A stretch of 64,000 bases of DNA from an uncultured Verrucomicrobiae bacterium (GTDB taxonomy: Bacteria > Verrucomicrobiota > Verrucomicrobiia > Limisphaerales > Palsa-1400): the NCBI GenBank assembly GCA_963702845.1, contig OY969763.1, positions 4,864,001 through 4,928,000 of the forward strand, given 5' to 3'. The translations under genes were made by a program, and so were the position numbers. The first letter of the stretch is position 1; each line of letters begins with the position of its first letter. Under the pieces are notes generated by a model that was given only the letters and a program-made list of their open reading frames with translations, searched no databases and was not told the origin of the DNA. Of the stretch, positions 9,575-25,953 are shown one piece after another.

Positions 9575-12500
9575 ATGCGTCGTCAGTATCCATTTCATTT
9601 AATCGAACCCAAGTGGCAGGGCCTTTGGGATACGCAATCCACTTTCCGTGCCTGGAATCCTGGTGATGCAATCCCGAGCGATCATCCGTTCGCCAAACGG
9701 CATCAAGCCACCGCTGCGTTGCCGCCGAAGTATTACATTCTGGACATGTTCCCCTACCCGTCCGGCGCTGGCCTGCACGTCGGTCACCCGGAAGGTTATA
9801 CCGCCACGGATATTCTCGCCCGCTATCGCCGCTCCCTCGGCTACAACGTTCTTCATCCGATGGGCTGGGACGCCTTCGGCTTGCCAGCCGAACAATACGC
9901 CATTCGCACTGGCCAACATCCACGCAAAACGACCGAGCAAAACATCACCACCTTCAAGCGCCAGATTCAGTCGCTCGGTTTCAGCTACGATTGGTCGCGC
10001 GAACTCGACACCACCGATCCGAAATATTTCAAATGGACTCAGTGGATTTTTCTCAAGCTATACAACAGCTATTTCGACCCCGAGCTGAACAAAGCGATGC
10101 CGATCGCGCTTCTGGAAGATGCACTGAACGACGATCCAAAGCGCGGCAGCGAATGGAAAGACAACCCCTATTTGCTCGGCAACCATCAAGGTTTCAGCAG
10201 TCTCAAACCCGAGCATCGCGAAGTCGCGCGCCAGAATTTCATCAACAACGCCCGGCTCGCCTACGTCACGGAAGCGCCGGTTTGGTGGTGCGAGGAACTC
10301 GGCACCGTTCTGGCCAACGAAGAAGTCATCGACGGCAAAAGTGAAGTCGGCGGTTTCCCCGTTACGCGCAAACCAATGCGCCAATGGATGCTCCGCATCA
10401 CCGCCTACGCTGAGCGTTTGTTGCAAGGCCTCGAACAAATCGACTGGAGCGATTCGTTAAAAGAAATGCAGCGCAACTGGATTGGCCGCAGCGAAGGGGC
10501 TGAAGTCGAGTTCCGCATCAAAGGATCAGATAAAACGATTAAAGTTTTTACGACGCGTCCCGACACATTGTTTGGTGCAACATTCATGGTTCTTGCCCCA
10601 GAGAACCATCAGATCGACGACCTAATTCCACCGGTATATCCACCGGATACTCGTCCCGAGTGGAGGTATGTTTACAAGGCAGAAAGCGTTCCCCCTGCGC
10701 TCGACATTCAAGAGTACAGGGACTTCGTCGCATCGTTAAGCGATCGCGACCGTATGGAGTCGAAAGACAAACGGGGAGCATTTAGCGGGGTATTTGCGAT
10801 AAATCCGGTCAACGGAAAAGACATCCCTATATTCTTTTCTGAATACGTCCTAATAAGTTACGGGACCGGAGCAATCATGGCTGTCCCAGCGCACGATGAG
10901 CGCGATTTCGAATTTGCTCGGAAGCTAAAGGTGCCGATTACAGCCGTCGTTGAACCGAGTGCCGAGTGGGTAATGAGGCACGGCACCAGCGTTAATCTGA
11001 CCGAAGATTTAGCCAATCTGTTGCAGAACCAACGGGATGCGTTCGCGGCAGGTAATATCGGTGGCGGAATGGCGATTGCCAAAATGATTGAAAATGGGTT
11101 CTGGACCTCGGACGAAACTGCGAAAGCGTTAAAATCGATATATTCGGAACACGCCGAACTGTTCGATAGTGCGTTTTGTTCAGAGGGATATTCAATCAAC
11201 TCCGCAAATGCGGACATAAATCTGAATGGCCTTCCCACCCCCGAGGCCAAAAAGAAAATCACCGCCTGGCTCGAAGAAAAAGGCCTCGGTCGCAAAACGA
11301 TCAATTACAAACTCCGCGACTGGCTCTTCAGCCGCCAACGTTATTGGGGCGAACCCTTCCCGATCATTTGGAAAAAAGACGCGCGAGGCCAGCTTTACCA
11401 TGAAGCCTTGCCCGAATCCGCATTGCCGCTCATGCCGCCGGACCTGACCGATTTCAAACCGACCTCCACGGGCGAACCGCCCCTCGCACGCGCCAAAGAT
11501 TGGGTCAACCTCCCCGACGGTTCGCAACGCGAAACCAACACCATGCCCCAATGGGCCGGCAGCTGCTGGTATTACCTGCGTTTCTTGAATGCCCGCAATG
11601 ACATCAAGTTCTGCGCACCGTCACCCGAGCATTACTGGATGGGCACCGATGTAAAACAAAACGTCGGCACTACACCCGGCGTCGACCTCTACGTCGGCGG
11701 TGTCGAACACGCTGTCTTGCACCTGCTCTACTCCCGTTTCTGGCACTCGGTCCTTTACGATCTTAACTACGTCTCCACGCCCGAGCCCTTTTTCAAACTA
11801 GTCAACCAAGGACTAATTTTGGGAGAGCTGGAGTATACAGTTTTTGAAGAAGAACTCCCTGACGGCAGTCGAAAGATGGTCTCTGCCGACGAACTTATGA
11901 TTGCAGCAAGCGCCGGGACAGTAGTCGCACGTAGAAAGGGTGTAAAACCGGACTCGACGGGAATAGGGGCCGGAGTCCTAATCGGCAAGAAGGTGCCTGA
12001 ATCGGAGGTTGTAGCCAAAGGTGACCACTTCGTTCTAAAAGCCTCTCCTCAAATTGTTGTCGATGCCCGGAGTTTTAAAATGTCCAAGTCCCGAGGCAAC
12101 GTGGTCAACCCCGACGACATCCTGAAAGAATACGGCGCCGACGCCTTCCGTCTTTACGAAATGTTCATGGGCCCGCTCGAAATGGTGAAACCGTGGAACA
12201 CCAAAGGCGTCGAAGGCGTCTACCGTTTCCTCGGTCGCGTCTGGCGATTGTTCATCGATGAAAAAAGCGAAACCGAATTCGAACAAGCCGAAACCACTCG
12301 CCCGAACGACGCAGCGTTGATGAGCACACTGCAAATCAGCGGCGCAATTCAAAACGTCGAACCCACGCCCGAGCAGCTTAAAACGCTCCACGCCTGCATC
12401 AAAAAAGTGACCGAAGATTTGGACGGCTTCCGTTTCAACACCGCCATCTCCGCGCTCATGATTTTCGTGAACGAGGCCATCACCTGGCAAATCCGCCCTC

Positions 12501-12835
12501 GTTCAATCATGCAGGAATTCCTGTTGTTATTGAGTCCGTTCTCTCCGCACATCGCTGAAGAGCTTCATTCAAAACTGACCGGCGAACCCGGCTCGATTTC
12601 CTACAAACCCTGGCCAAAGTTCAATCCCGAGTTGCTCGTCGAATCGACCTTGGAAATCCCAGTCCAAATCAACGGCAAACTCCGCGACCGCATCGTCGTC
12701 GCAGCTGACGCCACTCAACAACAGATCGAGACCGCCGCGCTTGCCGCCGAAAAAGTGAAACCACTGCTCGAAGGTAAATCGGTCAAAAAGATCATCATCG
12801 TTCCAAAGAAACTGGTGAACATAGTGGCCGCGTAA
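9575..12835 (+). CDS. leuS: leucine--tRNA ligase
   Basis: [14 protein letters not shown] (HIGH), FTTRPDT and [12 protein letters not shown] editing motifs, [16 protein letters not shown]. Confidence 0.98.
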   Translation: MRRQYPFHLIEPKWQGLWDTQSTFRAWNPGDAIPSDHPFAKRHQATAALPPKYYILDMFPYPSGAGLHVGHPEGYTATDILARYRRSLGYNVLHPMGWDAFGLPAEQYAIRTGQHPRKTTEQNITTFKRQIQSLGFSYDWSRELDTTDPKYFKWTQWIFLKLYNSYFDPELNKAMPIALLEDALNDDPKRGSEWKDNPYLLGNHQGFSSLKPEHREVARQNFINNARLAYVTEAPVWWCEELGTVLANEEVIDGKSEVGGFPVTRKPMRQWMLRITAYAERLLQGLEQIDWSDSLKEMQRNWIGRSEGAEVEFRIKGSDKTIKVFTTRPDTLFGATFMVLAPENHQIDDLIPPVYPPDTRPEWRYVYKAESVPPALDIQEYRDFVASLSDRDRMESKDKRGAFSGVFAINPVNGKDIPIFFSEYVLISYGTGAIMAVPAHDERDFEFARKLKVPITAVVEPSAEWVMRHGTSVNLTEDLANLLQNQRDAFAAGNIGGGMAIAKMIENGFWTSDETAKALKSIYSEHAELFDSAFCSEGYSINSANADINLNGLPTPEAKKKITAWLEEKGLGRKTINYKLRDWLFSRQRYWGEPFPIIWKKDARGQLYHEALPESALPLMPPDLTDFKPTSTGEPPLARAKDWVNLPDGSQRETNTMPQWAGSCWYYLRFLNARNDIKFCAPSPEHYWMGTDVKQNVGTTPGVDLYVGGVEHAVLHLLYSRFWHSVLYDLNYVSTPEPFFKLVNQGLILGELEYTVFEEELPDGSRKMVSADELMIAASAGTVVARRKGVKPDSTGIGAGVLIGKKVPESEVVAKGDHFVLKASPQIVVDARSFKMSKSRGNVVNPDDILKEYGADAFRLYEMFMGPLEMVKPWNTKGVEGVYRFLGRVWRLFIDEKSETEFEQAETTRPNDAALMSTLQISGAIQNVEPTPEQLKTLHACIKKVTEDLDGFRFNTAISALMIFVNEAITWQIRPRSIMQEFLLLLSPFSPHIAEELHSKLTGEPGSISYKPWPKFNPELLVESTLEIPVQINGKLRDRIVVAADATQQQIETAALAAEKVKPLLEGKSVKKIIIVPKKLVNIVAA

Positions 12836-12876
12836 TGTATTCCGAATTGCGGACGTCCACGTCCACACTCCAGGAC

Positions 12877-15800
12877 CTACCAACCTTCAATGATGCGATA
12901 AAACCGCGCCGACGCATTCGTCGCGTCGCTATCGTTTAATTGCAACATGCCATTGCTGATGGACAGCGGCGCAAGCACCGGCCACCAGTCCACAAGATTC
13001 GAACTGTATTGCGCCTGGAACCCAGAAATATCCATGCCGCCGGAGAGCGCCGATCGATCAGCGTCTTGTGAAGTGATGGTGAACGTGCCGTCCGGTTGCA
13101 AGAGTGGCAGACCAATAGTTTGTGGTATGTGCACAGTCAGCACCGCGTTACTGCTGCGCATGCTACCGACGGAATTCGTCACGATCAGGAAATAAGTGCC
13201 CGACGAAGAACGGTAACTCGGATTAATTGTCAGCACCGGCGAAGTTGAAATGGCGGTGCCGCCAAACGTATTAAACCATCGATAAGTCAATGGCGCCGTC
13301 CCATACACACCCGCGCTGAACAAAACAGCCGGCCCACCCAACACCGTTTGGCTAAGTGGCTGGCTCGTGATGGTCGGCGCGATCGACGTGAACGTCAGTT
13401 GATCAACAAACCCGGCGTCCATCCCCGCCGTTCCTGCAGCATCCTTGGAATAAGTCCAAATAAGCATCTGCGGACCGGCCGGAACAGTGAACGTGACCAA
13501 CTGCCAATCCACTTCGCCAGAAATAGCCGCTTGCGGCACGCCACCGATCGACAACGTGAGAAAATCGTGGTTCGTTTCCGACGAAACCTTCCACCAAAAG
13601 CTGACATTGATCGGCCCGTTTGTGACCAGCATTCGCATCGATGACGCGGTGCTGCTGGCAATTTGTGCACTGCGCGCCGCGTGTTTGCCGTCGTGACTGA
13701 CTCCGGTTTGCCCGTACCATTGCGGGCTGCTCCGTGAGCTGACGACTAGCACGGGAGTGTCCAATGCCGTGGACAAAAACACAGGCGGGAAAGGTCGCGG
13801 CGAAAGCAAGGTTACAAAATGAGTAGCCCCACCGTCGGCAGCAATGACACCACCCAAACCTGGCGGCGGATTTGTTGCCGCTGCGCTGCCTGCCCAAGTC
13901 ACTACTGTTCCGTCCGACCTCACCGCCATTTTACTCCCATTATCCGTCGCTGCGACTTCGATGATGTTGGTCAGGCTATTCGTCGGTGGTGACAATCCCC
14001 AATCCACGATCGTGCTGTCACGCCGCAAGAACACGCCTGCGTACATCCCCGCAGCTGCCGCCAAAACATTTGTTACAGCAGGAGGGGCAGTGACGCCTTG
14101 ATACGTTATAACCGTCCCATCCGCGCGCAGTGCAATAAACCCGTTAGAATCATCTGCGAGCACAACGGTGTTCGAAAATCCCGCAGGCAATGAAACGAAG
14201 CCGCTAAAGCCAACACGCGTGAGAGTGCCGTTCGTACGGAGGAACGTCGCGCCCGAATTATCCGCTTCAATTGCCACGACATTGGACAAACTTGCCACTG
14301 CGTTTGAAAACAGTGCGCTGCTTGGCCCCCAGGGGGCGACCGTTCCATCGCTTCTTAATGCTAGCCGAGAACCTTGATACCCATCAGCAATTTCGACCAC
14401 ATTTGATAACCCTGCCGGAACATTCGTTCCGGTGTTGCCAAATAGAGCAACCGTCCCGTCATCTTTGAGTACCACGTTTTCATAATTGTTTGCAGCCAGC
14501 GCAACCGCATTCGTGAGCGAAGCCGGCACGTTTGTCTGTCCAAGACTGTTGTCGCCCCACGCGACGACCTGGCGCACCGTCAAAATGACATTGGTTGTTG
14601 CCACGAAGCCAAACGCGTTGCTCGCAACTAGACTATAAGTGCCCGCGTCCGAAACACGAACCGGATCGAGCACAAAATCCTCATTCGTCGCACCGGGCAA
14701 GTTCTGCCAGCCAACCGGGAGCGCTGGTGGATTCGTGGCAATCCGCCATTGCAATTGCATTGGGCCGGAACCACTGACCGGCACGCTCCAGGCCAAACGT
14801 GTTCCCACGTAGACCGTACGACTCCCGGGTTGAATTGAAAGAAATGGAGCACTATTCATTACGTTCAGGGGTAAAGGCACAGTGTTGGCTGCACCGATGG
14901 AATTCGTAACCACCAGTTGGTATGTTCCTGCATTCCCCATCTGCACATTTTTCACCGTCAACGCGGAATTCGTTGCGCCATCGATATTCGTCCCATTGAA
15001 CGTCCATTGATAAACCAATGGCGCGTTCCCGACCACTTGAGCATTGAATTTAAAATCCCGCCCGGTAAACGCAGTGCCACCGACCGGCGATTGCACGACC
15101 ACCGGCCGGCCATCACTAACCAGCGCCAAACTATGATAAGCGCCACCGGCAACAGCCACCACATTGCTCAAGCCGCTCGGCGCGTTCGTTTCTCCATAAA
15201 AATTGTCGCCCCACGAAATCACTGTGCCGTTCGTCAAAACCGCAAGACTGTGCCCCTGGCCTTGTGGGTATCCTCCCGCCGCGATCGCAACTACCCGTGG
15301 CGCTGACGCGTTGGTAAGAAGTGGAGGAATGTTCAATGCCTCGTCTTTTGTTCCCCATCCCACAATTCGTCCGTCCGATTTCAAAGCCAGGCACTGCCCA
15401 TAACCCGTCGCGATTGCCACAACGTTGCTCAACCCAGGTACAGGATTCGTAATCGCTGTCGTGCCACTCGTGGTAAGCGACGCACCCCATTCGAGCACCG
15501 TCCCATCAGAACGAAGCGCCAGGTATTGATTGTTTGCGGCCGCTGCAATGGCTGTGATTTTCGTCAGCCCAGTTGGCGTATTACCAACTGGCATCGCCGC
15601 AACGGTCCCATCAGAACGCAGAAAGAGCGATGAATTCCAGCCATCCGCGATAGCAACAATGTTGGTAAGCCCAGAAGACACGCCTCCTCCTCCCCACCCA
15701 ACAACCGTCCCATCAGCCAGCAAAGCGTGACCCGCGTCGTTAGGCCCCGCAGAAACCGCCACCGCATTACTTTGCGGGAACAAGCTGAAATTCATCCCCC

Positions 15801-18800
15801 ACGCAGTGAGCGAACCATCAGACCGGACACTGACACTGTAGTTTGCAGCACCTGCTATCCCAACCACGTTGCTCAATCCAGCCGGCGGCAAACATTGATT
15901 TGCATTATTGCGGCCCCAACACGCCACCGGCCCAACCGTCAACATGGCGTTCGAGCTCACTGTGACTCCAGCCACGTTGCTCGCCACCAAATTGTAAGTA
16001 CCCTAAATCCGCCGATGAGACGTTTGAAATCGTGTATGCGGTGCTCGTCGCCCCTGAAATGTTCGTCCCATTCAATTGCCACTGCAACGTAATCGGCACC
16101 GGACCTGTCGCATTAGCCGAGAATGTCGTCGGCAACCCAAGCGGGAGCGATCGTCCAATCGGCTGCGGCGTAATCGTTGGCGGTGCAAGCACCGTCAACA
16201 CAGCACTGCTGCTTGTGACAGATCCACCGCCATTGCCAGCCACCAAAACATAAGTTCCGCCATCGGTAACCTGCACGTTCGAGATGCTCAAGCTGCCCGT
16301 CGTCGGACCGGCAATGCGCGTGCTGTCGGACAGCACCGCTCCATTGAAAAGCCAGGTATAAATCAATGGCTGCGTGCCATCGACGCCGGCGCTGAAATTT
16401 GCAGTAGTCCCGACAATGTTTGTTCGACTAGTCGGCTGCTGCGAAATCGTTGGCGCCACCCCCACAAACACGTTCACCACCGAACTCGTAGCGACATTCA
16501 CACTGTTCAAAGCAACTACGTAGTAACTTCCGCTGTCGTTTGTTTGCCCAGGCGCGATGGTCAGATTTGGCGACGCCGCCCCGGCAATCCGCCCATCGTC
16601 AGCCAGCGCCGTGTTATTTACGTACCACTGATAGCCAATCGGAATCGAACCCACAGCCTTCACCGACATCGTCACGTTGGAACCCGGCGGCACAGTTTGG
16701 CCAATCGGCAGCAACGTAAACGTCGGCGGCAGCGATTGCACCGACAGTTGCGCGATAGCACTCGCGACCGTGTTCGAAGTTGTCGAAGTAAGCAGTTGAT
16801 AACTGCCGATGTCGTTTGTCTGCGCGCTCGAGATACTAAGCGAATATGTCGTCGATCCGGAGACGCGCCCGTTGTCAGTTAATGGCGCGCCATTGAAAAG
16901 CCATTGATAACTGATCGGCAACGGCGAACCAATGGCACCACCAACAAACCTCGCGTTGAAACCAGACACAACCGAGGCGTTCGTCGGTTGCAAAACAAAC
17001 ATCGGCGCAGTCGTTGCTTCCGTAATCTGCATCCCCGAAATCACCGCTTCGAGGCAAACCGAGTCCAGATACGTAATCACCACGCGCACGGATGATGTCG
17101 CATTCGTCAGCGCCACACCACGGAACGCCGCGTAGTGAACGCCTTGCAGCCAGTTCGTCGAACTATCGCCGCTCCCCCAAACTTGTTGTTGCCCCTGACT
17201 GACGCCGTTCACAAACAACTGGTAATTGTAATCACCGCAGCCCGCGTAATAATAAAAGTCAAACACACCGGGCGGGAGGTTGGTCGTGTCCACCGTCAGA
17301 TTTCCAGGCAAGTTGTATTGATACAAATAATCGTGATACATCGCGTCAGGATTACCGTTCACCGGCGCAACAGGTCCCGCTCCATAAACGTTCACCGTCA
17401 CCGCCGAAGGCGTGCCATCCGCCAACAGCAGGTTCGTCCTGCCCGTGATATTCGTGCCGTAAGAATTCCATAAGTCCGACGCAGTTTGGCCGATGGCCGC
17501 AGGCCCCGTCTTCAGCGAGCTCGGCCCTGTCCCGAAATCCACATTAATCAAAACATCCGGCGCAGTAACTGCAAGTGTAGCAAAATCACTCGTCACCGTT
17601 CCGTAACTATTGCTCGTCACAACCCAATAACTTCCCGCATCGCCGCGCAATGCAGATGCAATCGTCAAAACATTGCTGTCCACTCCAAATGCGCGGTTGT
17701 TCGCTAGTGGCGCGCCATTGAAATACCACTGGTAAACAAACGGCGGCGTGCCGGCCGCATTCACCGAAAACGTCGCCCAACTGCCGACAACATTCGTGCC
17801 CGATACCGGCTGCTGCGTCAGAGAGACCGGCGTCAGCACCGTCAGAGAAACATTCGCACTGATCGCCGCACCAAACTGATTCGTCACAGTCACCGAATAG
17901 GAGCCTTGGTCACCGAGCTGTGCCGAAGCAATCGCGAAAGTGGAATCAGTCGCACCGGAAATGTTAATCCCGTTCAATTGCCATTGATAACCCAGCGTCG
18001 CCGCGCCCGTCGCACCAACACTAAACGACGCCGGAGATCCCGAATGCACAACAAGGTTCGTCGGCTGATTCGTAATCACCGGCGCAGGTAAAGCGAAACT
18101 CTGCTCCGCCGCAAACGTCGAACCAACAAACGAATTATCAATCGCCTGCAGGCTCCAGAAATAACTGCCGCCCGCCAGATTCGTTATGAGCAAACTCGTG
18201 CGATAACCGGCGTTACCAATCTTCGGCACGCGCCTGAAGCCGGTGTTTAAATCAGCGAGTGGCGAAAGAATGTTAACCCCATTTGCATTCGTGCCGATCC
18301 GCACATTGTAGGTCAAGCCGCCTGCTTGTTCCGCATCACTCGAGCCCGTCCACGTCAGCAACGCGGAATTATATCCGAGCGTCACACTCAAACCACCCGG
18401 CGTTGTCGGCGGCGTGTCCGGCATCGCGCCGTTATTGTGATAAAGCTTGATCGTCGGAATATCTCCAGCCGTTTCGCCGATCGTAACGAGATCAAGCGCG
18501 CCGTCGTTATCGTAATCACCCCACGCCGCATAACCATTGACCATTCCGGGAATCGCAAATTGCGCTCCGGCAAAAGTCATGTTGCCGAAACCACGACATA
18601 TTTGTGAAACGCGATTGAAAGTCGGATCGTAACCAGCAAGAAACAGATCGGTCCTGCCGTCATTATCGAAATCGCCCGCCGCGGCAGCAGCGTTACGTTG
18701 CAGCCCGGGCAAAGACGAACCCACGTTGGTCAGCACTCCCGCGTCGTTGCGATAAATCGACGAGTAAGCACTGCCATTCGCCGTGCCAGTAAGCACTAAA

Positions 18801-20137
18801 TCCGGCGTGCCATCGTTGTTGAAATCCGCCCAGGCGACACCACCGGCAGAAAATCCCGTTATCGAATTTCCGCTATTCGTAAAAACACCGCTGCCCTGGT
18901 TCCGGTACAACTTCGACCCAAACGAATCCGCGGGCGCCTCCCCCGCGACAAACACATCCAGCGCACCATCGCCGTCATAGTCCACCCACGCCGCCATATT
19001 ATTGCCGGCCCCCAGCATGGACGTGGAGTGAAACGTAAAAGTCCCATCGCCATTGTTGTGGTAAATGGAATTAAAGCTCGCTTCCGTGATCATCAAGTCA
19101 GGTTTGCCATCGTTGTCGTAATCTCCCCAACGAACGCAGCCGGCATTGAAAGCGCCGATATTCGTGACTTGCGTAAAATGTCCGTTCCCGTCATTGCGAT
19201 AAACAAACGTCACCGCGAACGAAGAAGTCCCTCCGTTCAACGCCAGATCCGGCAAACCGTCATTGTTGAAATCCGCCCAATCCGCCGACGAGGACATCAG
19301 ATTCGCGAAGGGCGTCGCCACTTCCGTAAACGTGCTGTCGCCATTGTTGTGATAAAGCCACGTGTGCGGCGAAAAATTCGTATCCATTCCGCTCACGAAC
19401 AAATCCAGTCGCCCGTCGTTGTCGTAATCCACCCAATTCACCGTCCCACGACTCACCCCCGCCAAAATTGTCGCAACTTCCGAAAAATTCGTCACCGTCA
19501 ACAAAAACGAAGTGCTCGTGCCAAGCCCAGTCGGCAAATTCGTCACGCCCACCGTCATAGTCGTCGTGCCCACCAAAGCCCCTGTCGGCATCAGCGTCAT
19601 CGACCAATTGCTTCCCGACCCGCTCAACACGATGCTTGCAGGCTGAATCAAATTCGTATCCGACGACCTCACCGTAATAAACGACGACGGCGCGTTCCCA
19701 ATCGTGAATGGAATTGGACGCGTCATTGTATTTGGGAACGTCCGCTGATTCGGTATCGCCGAAATTGTTGGCGGCGCAAGCACGGTCAAAGTCGCCACTG
19801 AACTAGTCACCGCCCCATGCCGATTCGTCACAACTACCCTGTAAGACCCAATATCTCCGGCCAAAACCGTTACAATTGTCAGCGCCGAATTCGTCGCCCC
19901 AACAACACGACCACCGTCCGATAAATTCGCGCCGTTCTTCGACCATTGATAAGTCAATGGCGTCTGCCCGCTCGCCACCACTGAAAACACCGCGTTGCTT
20001 CCAGCGATTACAGTCTGGCTGCTCGGCTCGGTCGTGATCGCAGGTCCGGCCTGCGCATACAGCCGTTCAGGTGCAAAAAGTCCCAGCGCGCCCGCAACAG
20101 CGCAAATCCAACAAGCAATAGATGAAGCAGTTTTCAT
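12877..20137 (-). CDS. giant (~2400 aa) secreted protein with Ig-like, FG-GAP/VCBS and RCC1 repeats; one apparent frameshift near 16001
   Basis: signal peptide MKTASSIACW..; repeated 'P.IT.QP....YQW..NG..GSY.V.V.N..G' Ig modules; DYDNDG/DFNNDG repeats; RCC1 repeats 'ALRSDGTV..WG'; an Ig module continues across the two ORFs if one G of GGG at 16001-16003 is removed. Confidence 0.8.
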
Positions 20138-20270
20138 ATGTAAATCCAGCCAACTCCCGAGAGCTCCGTGATCGGTGAGAAACGATGCATGTTTTATCAT
20201 CGTCGGCAGAATCTGCCAAGCGTCCATTTGACAGCACACTCACTGAAAACCGATTAGTGGAGAAAACTAT

Positions 20271-20295
20271 GTAGGAGACGAGGTGACGAGTCTCT
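20271..20295. repeat. REP-like palindrome GTAGGAGACGAGGTGACGAGTCTCT
   Basis: GAGAC..GTCTC hairpin; related copies at ~62935-62960 and a left half at 59609-59619. Confidence 0.55.
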
Positions 20296-20464
20296 AACCA
20301 GTCCTCTCGGGGCCTGAATTTCGCCGACTCACCGCAGCCCCGACACTCCCCACCGAGTGGTGTGATTAAATCGGTGGTCGAGTTTATTAGATTTCTCCTC
20401 CTCATGCGAGGCCGACGATCGGCTAGTTGACTCGCGAATCCGTCGGTTTGCGTTATTTTGATAC

Positions 20465-21079
20465 ATGCGACGGATTGGCCACTCTTTGGTTCTCCTACTG
20501 CCCGTTCTGCTTTCCTCCTTCGGCTGCGCCTCCTTCCGCAATAACCCCGAGAGCCAAAACCAGCCCACCGCCGTCACAAACGCCATCCCCGCACAAGGCG
20601 TCCTCCAAAACGGCTACGCGTTACTATTCGACCTGCTCGGCGACGAAAAAAATGTTTCCTTACTGCACTTCATCAAATCCGAACAACCAGAGCTAAAAAC
20701 ATTGATGGCCGACATCTCGCGCGTCAGTGGCGAAGCCTATCAGCGCCTCGAAGACTTCGGCAAAGCCGATCCGAAATTGAATCTGAAAAACGAAGGCCTG
20801 CCCTTGGCCGAACTCGCCGCGCGCAAATCCATCAGCACGATGAAAACGCGCCTTCTCCTGCACAGCAAAGGCACCGAATTCGAACTACAACTTCTGCTCA
20901 GCCAGAGCGAAGCCTTGGTCTACGGCGCCAACCTCGCGCAGGTCACCGCCGCCAGCGAAACCGATTCCCAACGCGCCACTTACCTGCGCGAAACCGCCGA
21001 CCGCCTCCTGCAGTTAGACAATCGAGTCCTCCAAATGTTATTAAACCGCTACGAAAACCCCCGCGTCGGCGTAAAATAA
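20465..21079 (+). CDS. hypothetical helical lipoprotein
   Basis: 204 aa with an SFGC lipobox. Confidence 0.7.
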   Translation: MRRIGHSLVLLLPVLLSSFGCASFRNNPESQNQPTAVTNAIPAQGVLQNGYALLFDLLGDEKNVSLLHFIKSEQPELKTLMADISRVSGEAYQRLEDFGKADPKLNLKNEGLPLAELAARKSISTMKTRLLLHSKGTEFELQLLLSQSEALVYGANLAQVTAASETDSQRATYLRETADRLLQLDNRVLQMLLNRYENPRVGVK

Positions 21080-21381
21080 CGACTGTCACGCACCCCAGGG
21101 AGAACGCATCAAACAGAGCCGCGCGCGTGAGCAAGCGGTTACCACCCCGACTTTCCAAAACACATCAACCGCTTTGAATCGCGTAGCGATTCCTGAAGGT
21201 AGCCGTGGGATTTATCCCACGAAAAAGTTCCAAAAAGACAGTACAGGAGTTTTTCTCCACTGTGCCAAAGCATGCGCCACGCGTGGCACACTTGCGCCAT
21301 ATTGACGCATATAACTGTGCCGAGCACGCTCCTTTATCGGCGCAACTCATTGCAAATCAACGCCAAATATTTCTACCACCT

Positions 21382-21398
21382 CCGGCACACCCACTGCT
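21382..21398 (+). promoter_or_regulatory. sigma54 (-24/-12) promoter of dnaK
   Basis: CCGGCACACCCACTGCT has exact GG-N10-GC spacing, about 38 nt upstream of the dnaK ATG. Confidence 0.6.
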
Positions 21399-21435
21399 CA
21401 TAAACACCTAATATTTTACAGAGGCAAACGATTTT

Positions 21436-23376
<1,941 letters not shown>

Positions 23377-23386
23377 CGGACTTCAT

Positions 23387-23420
23387 TGGAGTTCACGGAG
23401 CAATTCGTGAACTCCGAATT
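23387..23420 (+). terminator. stem-loop after dnaK
   Basis: ggagttcacg-gagcaatt-cgtgaactcc inverted repeat; weak U-tract. Confidence 0.5.
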
Positions 23421-23502
23421 TCGTACGAACGCAAACGCATGAACATTGTCAGAACATTCGCGATTAAGAGGTGCATAGAAGTGGGTGCCGCTATCTGCGG
23501 CA

Positions 23503-23544
23503 TATCACCTTCTATCACCTTCTATCGGCTTCTATCGCCTTCTA
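23503..23544. repeat. 10-bp tandem repeat (TATCACCTTC)x4, degenerate
   Basis: tatcaccttc tatcaccttc tatcggcttc tatcgccttc ta. Confidence 0.8.
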
Positions 23545-23714
23545 ACACTAAAAAAAGGATTCTTTTTTTGTCGTTAGCGAGTGCGCCTGGGCAGAGGACG
23601 ACGGACTACTGACAATTTAAAATTTTCCCGCGGCGAGTGCTTCGGGATTTGATTACGAAACTAACAACTGCCCCGACGTTTCGGGGCTAATAAACGAAAA
23701 GAGAAAGAAAAACT

Positions 23715-24008
23715 ATGGCACTGAACGTAAGACCTCTCGGTGACCGGATCCTTGTTGAACCGGCCGAAGAGAAAGAAGTCAAAAAGGGCGGCATCATCAT
23801 TCCTGATTCCGCAAAAGAAAAACCGACCGAAAGCATCGTCGTCGCGCTCGGAACGGGCAAAACCGATGACAATGGCAAAAAAGTTCCTTTCGAAGTCAAA
23901 AAGGGTGATCGCGTGCTCGTCAGCAAATACGGCGGCACCGAAATCAAACTGAACGACAAGGAATATAAGATCCTGAGCTCGGAAGACATCCTCGCGATCA
24001 TCGAATAA
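23715..24008 (+). CDS. groES: co-chaperonin GroES
   Basis: [31 protein letters not shown]. Confidence 0.99.
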   Translation: MALNVRPLGDRILVEPAEEKEVKKGGIIIPDSAKEKPTESIVVALGTGKTDDNGKKVPFEVKKGDRVLVSKYGGTEIKLNDKEYKILSSEDILAIIE

Positions 24009-24035
24009 CGTTTTTACCACTTAACTCTCAACTAA

Positions 24036-25691
<1,656 letters not shown>

Positions 25692-25777
25692 GCCGTAACG
25701 CAGGCGTCTCGTCTGCGGGTTCTGGCGGCGTCTCGCCGCCTGAATCTTTGCTGAAAAATTAAGAGGAAGAAGAAACG

Positions 25778-25811
25778 GGACCCCGACACGTAAGTGTCGG
25801 GGTTTTCTTTT
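25778..25811 (+). terminator. intrinsic terminator after groEL
   Basis: accccgacac-gtaa-gtgtcggggt followed by tttctttt. Confidence 0.8.
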
Positions 25812-25953
25812 CTGGAGCCGACTCGATGATTTGCAGCGTGTCGCCATCCGGAATACCTGTAAAACGCCCAAAAACACCTGTTTTTCATTGACGATATTCA
25901 CCGGCCTTCGCATCATTCCCGCAGTTAGTGCCCAGAATTGCCCAGTTATCCTT

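Noticed and set aside
23570..23645. GCGAGTGC twice upstream of groES as a CIRCE element
   Set aside because: Only half-site-like; no TTAGCACTC-N9-GAGTGCTAA inverted repeat.
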